A stretch of 64,000 bases of DNA, taken from positions 2,528,001 through 2,592,000 of the forward strand of contig OZ241875.1 of assembly GCA_965203325.1 (NCBI GenBank), read 5' to 3'. The stretch is from a bacterium. Lineage in GTDB: Bacteria > UBA8248. The notes beneath the pieces were generated by a model. That model had not been told where the DNA came from. It saw only the letters and a list, made by a program, of their open reading frames with translations, and ran no database searches. This document shows, piece by piece, positions 29,238-39,300 of the stretch (positions are counted from its first letter, which is position 1; every line of letters starts with the position of its first letter). Position numbers and translations under genes: made by a program.

Positions 29238-32200
29238 ATGAAGAACATTGCACGGATTTCGATGCTGCCGGCGGCGGCGTTCTGCAGCGCGGCCCGGCGG
29301 CGTGAAGTGCGCCCCGCCGGAGTGCGCGAGCCGGCTTCTCCGACGGGATCATACCAGCGGTCTGACCCGCGTCCCGGGCGCTTCCGCGCCCGCCTCTTCG
29401 GTCTCCTCCCCGTCCTTGCGTTGCTGGTAGGCGCCCTGTTCCTCCTCACCGCCGCGCCGGTCGAGGCACAGACCAAGACCTTCTCCATCACCGAGAGAGC
29501 CCGCGCTGCGGAGGGTGCCAGCGCCTCCCTGACTATCACCCTGAGCGAGGACGCGCCAAGCGCCGGGGTCGCGTTCACGGTCACCGCCGGATTCGGCGGT
29601 TCGTCGACCGCAGAGGCGGCGGACGTGATGTCCATCGACTCGCCGGTGACAATTCCCAGCGGCACCAGGAGCCTGAGTATCGCAATTCCCCTGACCGACG
29701 ACGACATGGATGAGGACGAGGAGACTTTCACTGTCACTATCGCCACTACGGCCGAGGGCTGGATGAAGGAAGGGGATGGCAAGGATACTGCCGTGGTCTC
29801 CATCGACGACGACGACAACGCCGGAGTCAACCTCATCGGTGTCAGTACCATCAGTAACGATAAGGGCCCAAAGATCGGGCATCTCAACGTGTACCAAAAC
29901 ACTCCGGCGACCTACCAAGTGGTGCTGACCAGCCGGCCGGTTGCGGATGTGACCATCAATGTGTCTGCGACGATGTGGAACAGTGTGTCCCCGGCGTCGC
30001 ACACCTTCGCCGCGAGTTCCGCGAATGACTGGAGGGAGCCGAAGGAGTTCACCGTAACTGCCGGTAGTCGCATCGGTAGTGCGCTCATCCTTCACACCGT
30101 GACAACTAGCGACCCCAACTACGGCACTCTTCAGTACAGCGACTGGTCTCACACTTCCAACAAACTACTACTGGACATCCGACCGCCCTTGCCGATGCCG
30201 ACTCGCCTGACGCTGCGCGCCGATCGCCTGCCGGCCGAGGGCGAAGGGGCAGTGACGGTGACGGCGACGCTGGACAATCCAGCGCCCTGGAGCGGCACGA
30301 CGGTCAGGCTCACCCTCTCGGGCACAGCCGCTGGTGAAGGAACCGACTACACGCTGTCGTCGACCACGATCAGCATCGGTGCAGCCCAGACGACCGGGAC
30401 GACGACCATCACGGTCACCGACGACAGCGCGGACGACGACGACGAGACCATCGTGCTGGAGGCGAGCAGCGGTAACCCGGAGCTGACTTCAAACAAGCTG
30501 ACGCTGACCATTGAGGACAACGACCAGACGGCGCAGCAGCAGCGCACGGAGCCGCTGACGGCGGCGTTCGAGCGGGCGCCGGCGGCGCATGACGGCACGG
30601 AGACGTTCCGGTTCAACGTGCGCTTCAGCGAGGCGCTGGGCGAGACCGCGAACGCCCCAGAGGTCGCCTCGTTCGCCGTGCGGGGCGGCAAGGTGAAGCG
30701 CGTGCGAAAGGTGGAGTCCGGCCTGTGGCGGGTGCGCATCGCGCCGAAGTCGTGGAAGGACGTGACGGTGACGCTGGCGGGCGGCCGCGCCTGCGATGAG
30801 GCGGGCGCGGTGTGCACGGCCGACGGGAGGTCCGTGTCGAACACGTCGACGATGACCATCGGCGGCCCGGTGCGGATCCGGGTCGAGGGCGCCCGGGCGA
30901 AGGAAGGCAGGGACGCATCGCTCGACTTCGCGGTGACGCTCAACCGCGCGGCGGCGCACGAGGTCTCGGTGGACTATGAGACCGCCGACGAGACGGCGAC
31001 GGCGGGGGCCGACTACACGGCGGTCTCCGGCACGCTGACCTTCGCGGCCGGCGAGACGGCGAAGACGGTCTCGGTCCCTGTGCTCGACGACGCCATCGAC
31101 GAGGGCAAGGAGGTCATGCGGCTCCTGCTCTCGAACCCGCAGGGGGCGTTCCTGCGAGGCGTGCACACCAAGGCGCGGGGGGTCATCCGCAACGACGACC
31201 CGCTGCAAAGGATGTGGCTCGCGCGCTTCGGGCGCGCGGCGGCGGGCCACGTCGCCGAGGCGATTGAAGGACGCCTTTCGGACGCCGCCGCGGGCGTCGT
31301 GCTGGGCGGCCACAGCCTCTCAGGCGGGCCGGAGCGCGAGGCCATCGAGTCGCGCCTCGCCGAGGCCCTCCTCAAGGAGAGGGAGGTCCGGCTCGGGCGC
31401 GGCGGGGAGGCGCCGGCGCCTTCGGTGCGCGAGGTCGCGATGTCCGACCTCCTCCTCGCGAGTTCGTTTCATATGGCCTCGGCGGAGAAGGTGGACGCCG
31501 GCTCGCGCTGGTCGCTGTGGGGCCGGGGCGCGCGCTCCTCGTTCGAGGGCGTCGAGGGTGATCTCTCGCTGGAGGGCGACGTGACGACGGCGACCGTGGG
31601 CTTCGACTACGAGCGGGCGCGCTGGCTGGTGGGCGTGGCGCTCTCGCGAAGCGCGGGCGACGGCTCGTACAAGGCGGGCGGCGCGTGCGATACGGGCTGC
31701 GCGGGCGAGGTGGAGAGCACGCTTACGGGTGTCTACCCCTACGCGCGCTACCGTGTGAGCGGGACGTTCTCGCTCTGGGGCGCTGTGGGCCACGGGCAGG
31801 GGGAGATGACGCTCACGCCCGGGGGGTCGTCCCCGGTGGAGGCCGACGTCGCGATGGGCATGGCGGCGGCCGGGGCGCGCGGGGTCGTTCTGCCCGCGCG
31901 CGAGGCGGGCGGGTTCGAGCTCGCGCTCCGCGCGGACGTCCTGGTGACGAACACGCGCTCGGACGCTGCGGCGGGCCTGGCGGAGACCGAGGCGCAGACG
32001 AGCCGCGTGCGCCTCGTGCTGGAGGGTTCGCGCTCGCTCCGGTTGGGCGAAGGCCTGCTGACGCCCTCTCTGGAGATAGGGTTCCGGAACGATTCGGGCG
32101 ACGCGGAGACGGGCGGCGGGGTGGAGGCCGGCGGCTCGGTCCGCTGGACCTCGGGGGCCCTGACGACGCAGGTGCGCGCGCGCGGCCTGCTCTCCCACGG

Positions 32201-32603
32201 CGAGGGCGGTTATGAGGAATGGGGCGTGAGCGCCTCGGTGGCGTACGCTCCGGGCTCCGGGGGACGGGGTCTCACGCTTCGGGCGGGCTCCTCGTGGGGC
32301 GCCTCCACGAGCGGTGCGGAGCGGCTCTGGTCGCAGGCGGCGGGCCTGGCGCCTGCCGGTGCGTTCGAGCCGGGCGCCGCGGGCTTCGAGGCCGAGGCGG
32401 CCTGGGGCCTGGACGCCCCCCGGGGACTCCTGACGCCCTATACGGGCGTGGCGGTTTCGGGGAACGCGGAGACCTGGCGCGCGGGCGCGCGCTGGAAGCC
32501 CGGGGCGGCCACGGAGGTGAGCCTCGAGGCGAGCCTCACCGAACAGGCGGGCGGCGGGAGACCCGAAGGCGGCCTCCTGCTCAGAGGCTCGAAGCGGTGG
32601 TAG
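29238..32603 (+). CDS. Calx-beta repeat autotransporter/adhesin
   Basis: Extended signal peptide ending APVEAQ, repeated Calx-beta-like motifs (DDDMDEDEETFTV, GADYTAVSGTLTF), C-terminal beta-barrel ending in W. Confidence 0.85.
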   Translation: MKNIARISMLPAAAFCSAARRREVRPAGVREPASPTGSYQRSDPRPGRFRARLFGLLPVLALLVGALFLLTAAPVEAQTKTFSITERARAAEGASASLTITLSEDAPSAGVAFTVTAGFGGSSTAEAADVMSIDSPVTIPSGTRSLSIAIPLTDDDMDEDEETFTVTIATTAEGWMKEGDGKDTAVVSIDDDDNAGVNLIGVSTISNDKGPKIGHLNVYQNTPATYQVVLTSRPVADVTINVSATMWNSVSPASHTFAASSANDWREPKEFTVTAGSRIGSALILHTVTTSDPNYGTLQYSDWSHTSNKLLLDIRPPLPMPTRLTLRADRLPAEGEGAVTVTATLDNPAPWSGTTVRLTLSGTAAGEGTDYTLSSTTISIGAAQTTGTTTITVTDDSADDDDETIVLEASSGNPELTSNKLTLTIEDNDQTAQQQRTEPLTAAFERAPAAHDGTETFRFNVRFSEALGETANAPEVASFAVRGGKVKRVRKVESGLWRVRIAPKSWKDVTVTLAGGRACDEAGAVCTADGRSVSNTSTMTIGGPVRIRVEGARAKEGRDASLDFAVTLNRAAAHEVSVDYETADETATAGADYTAVSGTLTFAAGETAKTVSVPVLDDAIDEGKEVMRLLLSNPQGAFLRGVHTKARGVIRNDDPLQRMWLARFGRAAAGHVAEAIEGRLSDAAAGVVLGGHSLSGGPEREAIESRLAEALLKEREVRLGRGGEAPAPSVREVAMSDLLLASSFHMASAEKVDAGSRWSLWGRGARSSFEGVEGDLSLEGDVTTATVGFDYERARWLVGVALSRSAGDGSYKAGGACDTGCAGEVESTLTGVYPYARYRVSGTFSLWGAVGHGQGEMTLTPGGSSPVEADVAMGMAAAGARGVVLPAREAGGFELALRADVLVTNTRSDAAAGLAETEAQTSRVRLVLEGSRSLRLGEGLLTPSLEIGFRNDSGDAETGGGVEAGGSVRWTSGALTTQVRARGLLSHGEGGYEEWGVSASVAYAPGSGGRGLTLRAGSSWGASTSGAERLWSQAAGLAPAGAFEPGAAGFEAEAAWGLDAPRGLLTPYTGVAVSGNAETWRAGARWKPGAATEVSLEASLTEQAGGGRPEGGLLLRGSKRW

Positions 32604-33022
32604 GGGCGGACCCGGGGGTAGCGCAGGCCGTCCCTCCCGGCCCGCTTCACCGCGGTCCCCCTCCCGGCGGGAGGGGGACCGCATCCCGCTCTCCCGCGTG
32701 GTTTCAGGCAGTGGGGGGTTTCCAGCAGGGGTGAAATCTTTGTAGTTTCTTGAAACTATTGTGAGTAATGGTTTTTGGAGGTTTCTTTCGGAATTCGATT
32801 TCCGCAATCCGTAATCAACTCGGCAGCGGATGAATTATAACTCCTGCGTAGCTCGGAGATCCTCTGTCGGAGCACCCTCCAAAATTCGGCTCGTGTCGGC
32901 TTAGTTGCGGTCATGATCCGTCACTCTGCAACGTTGGTTCAGAAACCACTGGTCCACGCCCAGATGAAATGCCAGCCTTGCTGACTTGTTTCATCAGCCT
33001 GTTGGACCCTTACGTGATAATA

Positions 33023-34123
33023 CTATAATCGATTAGGTTTCGGTGCTGCAAAAAACCAGAGAATTTTGTCGAAATAGTCGTGAAAGGCAAAAAGCCAATA
33101 TTCAGAACGGACAAAATGATGAAACCTAGACAATGCCTCGTGGCTGTCAAAGAATGACGTAATCACACCTTTTCCAAATCCATCCACTTTGATCTGTTCA
33201 ATTTCTTGAAGTTCACATCCGATCTTGTTGCAAATCCAACTGATAGATTCATCAGAAATTTTATTTTTATCAGATAATTCTTTTAGCTTTCGCCCGCAAA
33301 TTCCTTCTTTGATATCGAAATACAGCCAAAGGCATTCCTCTGGCGGTATCTGTTCATTTTGTGAAATCAATCCATCTAATCGATCGAAGTGCCGGTATCC
33401 ATGATACGCTGCCATCTCCTTGAATAGATGATATGGTATGTAGTTCTCCAACTCTCTTCCAACAGTAGTAATTCCTATCCCGATGAAACAACTTTGACCG
33501 GATATATTTCCGCAATTCCTTTTTCTATATATAGAAATCACCTTATTCGCCGTAGCCGATTTCTTGCCATTAGGTGCCAGGCTGTCATGATCGACGACGC
33601 AGACTACAACCCTCTGCTTATCTATTTCCTGCTCAAAAATACTAGCTATGCTCGAACCGCCACCATGTATTGGATCGAATTCATAGGAAGGAACGTGGGA
33701 AAGCTTTTTCGTTTCACATAGTATTTGCTTGTAAAGCTGGATATCCGAATCGCTATCCTCAACCACAAAACTCGTACACGTGGATAAATATTTACCGTTG
33801 AGCAGCGCCCTATGACCGATGACAAAAGTTTTCTTTCCATCGAAGGAAACCGACCCATCGCCCAGCACTACATTCACGTACACACGAGCTACGCGCAACA
33901 TATCCCCTCGAACTGCATACTTTTCATGAATTGAAGTAAGGTACGTCTTATCTCGCTGTGACAAGTGAAGATTCTCAACCGCCCATTTACATAGTTCTCT
34001 ACGCGATATAAAGAAATGTCTACCGGAGCGATCAGATTCGATAAGCTGCGCAAACACATCCTCTAGTTCACCGTTTTCGGTGTCCGAAAGTTCCTCAACA
34101 GTGCTTTGCAAACGAAAAATCAT
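33023..34123 (-). CDS. Hypothetical protein with TOPRIM-like motifs
   Basis: FVVED, HGGG, VVDHD and RELENY pattern; coupled to the upstream ATPase. Confidence 0.6.
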   Translation of the reverse strand: MIFRLQSTVEELSDTENGELEDVFAQLIESDRSGRHFFISRRELCKWAVENLHLSQRDKTYLTSIHEKYAVRGDMLRVARVYVNVVLGDGSVSFDGKKTFVIGHRALLNGKYLSTCTSFVVEDSDSDIQLYKQILCETKKLSHVPSYEFDPIHGGGSSIASIFEQEIDKQRVVVCVVDHDSLAPNGKKSATANKVISIYRKRNCGNISGQSCFIGIGITTVGRELENYIPYHLFKEMAAYHGYRHFDRLDGLISQNEQIPPEECLWLYFDIKEGICGRKLKELSDKNKISDESISWICNKIGCELQEIEQIKVDGFGKGVITSFFDSHEALSRFHHFVRSEYWLFAFHDYFDKILWFFAAPKPNRL

Positions 34124-35724
34124 TAGTCAGAATAATTGAAAAAACCAAATGGCCAATCGGTCAACGCGCCCGTATCATCAAATCTCGCTAGCGAAACCAC
34201 CGTAGGTGAACTTAAATCGTCCTGAGCCGAAAATATGACAATCTGGATTTCACTCGAACTAACCTTACCTTCCTCAACGAGTTCACCCAACCGATGGATC
34301 AATGCCTCGCTATGTGTTTCAATTACTAGTCTTATTCCCGGTTGGGTATCACCATCCACAATTGTTCGGTTTGCAGCAACAAACACATCTGCTAGCTTAG
34401 CCTGATGGGCTGGGTGCAAGTGTAACTCGGGTTGTTCAATCGCAAGTGTTTGCAAACTTGACCGTCGCTGCCGAGGCATTCTTGATATAGGACTTCGGTG
34501 CTGAGCCCACCATATCATCCCAAGTACGGGCAATATTTGGGACACGCCGTATCCAGTGTCGGTCACATTTACGGACCTTTTATCTGAAAGCACTTGGACA
34601 CTGATGTGGCCAGAGGTTTCATGCACCTTAACGCCATACCCAAATATTCCCTCTACCCACTTTGAGAATCTTTCGAGTTCTCTCGGTGCCAAAGACGCTA
34701 GAAACATGGGAAAGTTTGCCCCGTTCGGGGCAATCTCTGAGACTTCGAGCTCTTGTTTGCGGTAGAAACGCTCGCTCGCCGCCCTAACAGGCTCTAAGTA
34801 CCCCACGTTTAGGAAATATTCAGTCAATTGGTCCTCAAGAATCTCCAATACTGAAAACACACGTGCCAAGCGTTGAATGGAGAATACTTGAGTTTTAAAT
34901 TTACTTTTCTTTTTGGACAAAAGATGTTGATAAATCTTCTTGAAAGTCACAGTACTGGATGTATCTTGTAATTTGCTTATTGTCGATGAATCGAAGCGAT
35001 TTTCTGAAAGAACTCTCCTTGCTTCCCTCAGTAATGTTCTATTACTCAATGCTCTGTTTGCCTGATTGCTGAAGGCATTTACCAATACCTCAGCAAGAAC
35101 ACCAGCAGGTCTTAACAGCCTGTTCGCTCCCCCTTCCTTTTCCATCGTCTTCGATATGAAACGTGGTGGAGAAAAGAGATTTCTATTGATCCTTATCAGG
35201 TTATATGTATTTGGAAGGAAGTCAGCATGAGCACCGTTAATAATAATCTTGCCGTCGGATCCTTGATGTGATCGAAAATTAAAATGAATGTCTATATCTT
35301 CATCCGGAATCTTTACTTCTATGCTGTTCAAAACAGTCGTATCTTCTATTGCGCCAATCAAATAACGTATGGCAACACACTCTACCTGAACAACCCCTCG
35401 ATGTTGGTAGTATTCATCGTGATAATATAAATTCGCACGATTTAAGCCACGCACGTCAGATATTGTAAACCGGAATGCGGCTTGGCGTTCGTTTTCATTT
35501 TCTCCGACGGCCACATTTATGTCACCAAAATCAACCAAATCACCATACCAGAGAATAGGAGCACTACTTCGTGTTTCTAGTGACTGGCGAATGAGAGGGA
35601 GTGAACGCAAGAAGGTACTTTTCCCTGCGCTGTTTCTTCCCACCAGAACCGTAATTGGGCGCAATTCAATTTCAGGGAAATCCCGTATGCGTCTTATGTT
35701 CTCAATTGCATACGCTAGTTTCAT
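34123..35724 (-). CDS. ABC-type ATPase (AAA_15/AAA_21, DUF3696-like)
   Basis: GRNSAGKS, GYGVSQILP, IEQPELHLHP, IETHSE, WPFGFF. Confidence 0.88.
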   Translation of the reverse strand: MKLAYAIENIRRIRDFPEIELRPITVLVGRNSAGKSTFLRSLPLIRQSLETRSSAPILWYGDLVDFGDINVAVGENENERQAAFRFTISDVRGLNRANLYYHDEYYQHRGVVQVECVAIRYLIGAIEDTTVLNSIEVKIPDEDIDIHFNFRSHQGSDGKIIINGAHADFLPNTYNLIRINRNLFSPPRFISKTMEKEGGANRLLRPAGVLAEVLVNAFSNQANRALSNRTLLREARRVLSENRFDSSTISKLQDTSSTVTFKKIYQHLLSKKKSKFKTQVFSIQRLARVFSVLEILEDQLTEYFLNVGYLEPVRAASERFYRKQELEVSEIAPNGANFPMFLASLAPRELERFSKWVEGIFGYGVKVHETSGHISVQVLSDKRSVNVTDTGYGVSQILPVLGMIWWAQHRSPISRMPRQRRSSLQTLAIEQPELHLHPAHQAKLADVFVAANRTIVDGDTQPGIRLVIETHSEALIHRLGELVEEGKVSSSEIQIVIFSAQDDLSSPTVVSLARFDDTGALTDWPFGFFNYSD

Positions 35725-36378
35725 TTTCTTGCCCTTATAGTGCTGCTACCCAAAACTGAGAACGTTGCGCTTGTTCGTACATAAGCAGCTCATTTGACCT
35801 TTCGTGCACATAGCATTCGAATCTCTTGCGCACCACCGAGAGATTGTTCCTAACGGGATAATGGCATCGGCGCTGAATCTTGATTAATGTTATCTCACCT
35901 GCGTTGACTGATAAAGGTCCCTCGTTGCTGCAAGCAGTTCCGACCCCCAGTGTTGCGGGAGACCTAAAAGTCATCGGCAAGCATGTGGTGAGAGACAACT
36001 TCTTAGTGAATTCCAAAACTATTCCATTATGAATTTTCCTGTGTGCTACCCGAGGTGGCCAATCAATTTCCGTATGCTTGCTAGTGATCGGTGAAAGCTA
36101 TACTGATGAAAGGGCTTCCTTGATAGATGCAAAAATCCTTCTGTGTACTATGGCCGTGTCAGCGCCGCTACGCAATTATCTCTTGACTACCTTATCACGC
36201 ATGCAGGATCCCGTACCGCATTGGAAGTTCGCTCGCCTTAAGTATATTTCTGCTACCGGAAATAGAACCATCATATTCTCGGCTATGCACGTCTCGCTCC
36301 CGGTGTACGTGCTGGACCCCTCATTGCTAATCAGGCCCGGCCAATCGAAGCCCTTCAATAGCGAGGGAAAACCACTCT

Positions 36379-39300
36379 TTAGTCTTCCCTTTTTTTACGC
36401 TGCAGCAATACAGCGTCCGCATGATGTTTGTACACGAACGGCATGTCATTCGTAAGTATGTTGTCCAACCATAGTGAATCCTCACAGTCGGTAAGTAGAT
36501 ACGGGTCTCCGGCTTCGAGGATTGCAACCAATAAACTCCAGCGTCGGTCTGGAGTAGCCATTGGGAAAGCCGCGAGAAGAGCGGCGACATTGGTTTCCCG
36601 TCGATGACGCTCAAGTGCCGCGAGCGCAGCATGCTTGACTTCGATGGCGCTGTCTTGCTCGGCGAGCCTGCCGACTGCATCCGAGATCGCTGATGTAGGC
36701 AGCCAGCCGGCAAGTTCTGCAGCTATCTTGCGTTCGGACACCAAGCCACTCATCCGCTCAACCAAGAGTTGCGAAACAACGCCAGAATCAAGCCGTCGCA
36801 ATGCCCGACCCACGGCCGGGCGAAAGGATTTCCGTTCGATGGAGACTGCAGCATCGACAAGCCGCCTCGCTGCGGACTCCGGCGCGATTCGTACGAGCAG
36901 CTTACATAACTCCCACTCAATTTTTGGGTGGAATTGGAACGCAAGCTCGATCGCCTCGACAGCTCGCATAACATCGAACTTTGCCAAACCCTCAATGGCC
37001 TTAAGCGGCTGCATTGTAGAGAAAGAACGAGCAGCAAACGCTTTGTCGAGAATTTGTTCCCTCAACGCAGCGTCACCCCCTTCGACAGCAATGTCATAGG
37101 GGCCGTCGCGCAATTCCTGTCCACGCCGACAACGTTTAACAGCTGTATCGATACTTAGCTTTCTAGTTGCAGGATTGTCATACAAGGCAGCAATTATCAG
37201 ATCCTCAAGATCATTTTGCTTCAAAGGGATCTCACTCTTCAAACAGTTCGCCAGTAAATTTGCTCCCTGGTTTCCCATACGGATCAGTACTTGCAGGCCA
37301 CATTTTGAATTCTCTTTAGTGTAGAGCAGGGAATGAGCAAGCTGTGCGAAATCATCCGAGGTATCACCAAGCGCTTGAAGTGTGGTGCAAGAAATTGCGG
37401 CAACTAGTCCCTCCTTATCAGCTTGCTTCAAGACAGAACGCACAGGTGGAATCAGATCCGCATCATCACTGAGCCAAGCAATCACCAGCGCGGTTAGCAG
37501 CAAATCCTCCGATGATTTCTCACTTTGAAGTGTTTCAAGCGTCTGCTCCGTGAGCGCTTTTGACATCGGACCTCGGTGAGCTCGAAGCTGAGCAAGATCG
37601 GGCGATACTATTTCCAAACCACTGTTATTCAGTATTTCGACCAAAGCCGTATCGGCGCCCAATGAAGCGAGTGCGGTCATCGACTGGCAGAACTCCTGAT
37701 AAAAGTGTGATTTTAAATTCTCGTCAGCATCTTGCGGCACGGGTCGGGACGCGATAGCCGTAAGCCTATTCACGATACCGTCATCGGCACGTACAGCGGC
37801 CCAATTCATACCGCCATGGCGAACCCAAAAATGCTCGGACTCCAGTTCGCGCTTGATCAGGGTGGCGATGCCATCGCCTCCCATGAGAATGAGGACACGT
37901 CGTGCATTTTCGAGGATGGTGTCGCGGGTATTACTGTTTGTGTGTAAGCGGTTGCAAGCAGCCGCTACGATCATGTTTTCCAATTCCCCGCCCGCTTCGG
38001 CTTCGAGAATGGTCAATAGCTCTAGGCGGGTAATGCGCCCAAGGAAGTCCAGCGGATGGTAGAGCCAGAGTTGGTCTCCTCCGAGTGCTCCTTGAGGATG
38101 CGTACGAAAATCATTCTCCAATGTGCGCAATATGAAACGAAGCATTGTGCCGTCCACCTCGTCTGGCCGCTCCCAGAAAAGATCTACTATGAATCGGAGT
38201 TTTGGGGGATCCGTTTCGGCGAGCTCAAGAATACGTCGGCGGGTCAGTTCCGGTTGGGCGCGCAGCAGAATCGGAAGCCAATGATTGCGAAAAACATAGA
38301 GTTCTGCATCGTCAACCTCGACAAGCCGGTCGATGGCTGCTGGCGGGTCAAGGACCGATAGGGCTGTGAGTGCCGCGCTGCTAGTGAAATCTTCGGAGCT
38401 TGACAGGTGGCGGTTCACAAAATCCAGTTTATCTCTATCTGCAAAGCGCGCGATGCAATACAGCAAGCAACGCGGCTTGTTGGCTGAAACTTTGGTCATC
38501 AATGCATACCCTGCCTCCTTCCAAATAGAAGGTGCATCTGGGTGTTCCAGCGCATTCAATAAGAATCCGAATTCAGAAAACTTTTCCTTTTTCGCATCTG
38601 CTGACAGGATACGGTCACGGAGCCATCCCGGGTCCAACTCAATTCCGGCACGTAGAGCTGTAAAACTGGTTTGATAATCACTATGCCTTGAGACATCTTT
38701 TTTCTCTTCCAATGCGTAAAGACGCTGCTGGTGGAGTTCCCAAACGCGGTCAAGATATTCTGTACTGGGCACTGCCGTAAGCATTTTTAAAGCGACGTTT
38801 TGCAAGTCATAGGAAGATTCGCTCAACAGAGAATCGATGGCTTCCTTCAACTCGCAATTTTCCTGCTGCATGAGGGATGTAAAAGCCTTACCGATGAACC
38901 CGAGCCAGTAGTCTCCGTCCGAGCCCATGGTGATTTCATTTAGTCGTTCTAAGAGAATCGGCACCACGCGCTGACCGAGAGTTGGCAGGAGATGAACATA
39001 CAGCGTCTCACCGTAGCTCCCGTATTCGCTTCTGTCCTCCATTCGCGCGATAAGCCGGCTAAGCATCCGGGAGTTCTGTTCGTCTTCCGCAAGTAACCAC
39101 AGCACATCCATGGGCACATAGTCGAGCCGGCTCGGTGCGCGTTGATCCTGTTTTCCGCGTTGGCTCGCGAGAATCTCCCCGAGAGCGTCGTCTGACAGTT
39201 CCCCGCGGTCGAATTGTTGTACCAACGACTTTGCGACCGCCCAATTCAGGAGACGGTCATGCGCGAACGCTACCTCGCCACTCTTCGTGCTTCGAAACCA

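Noticed and set aside
4656..33004. Orphan IS-end-like motifs near 4656, 6443 and 32988
   Set aside because: Short, unpaired and without a transposase; cannot be supported
35725..36378. Non-coding gap as retron msr-msd or a hidden gene
   Set aside because: No RT nearby, and no convincing inverted repeats or ORF found by eye
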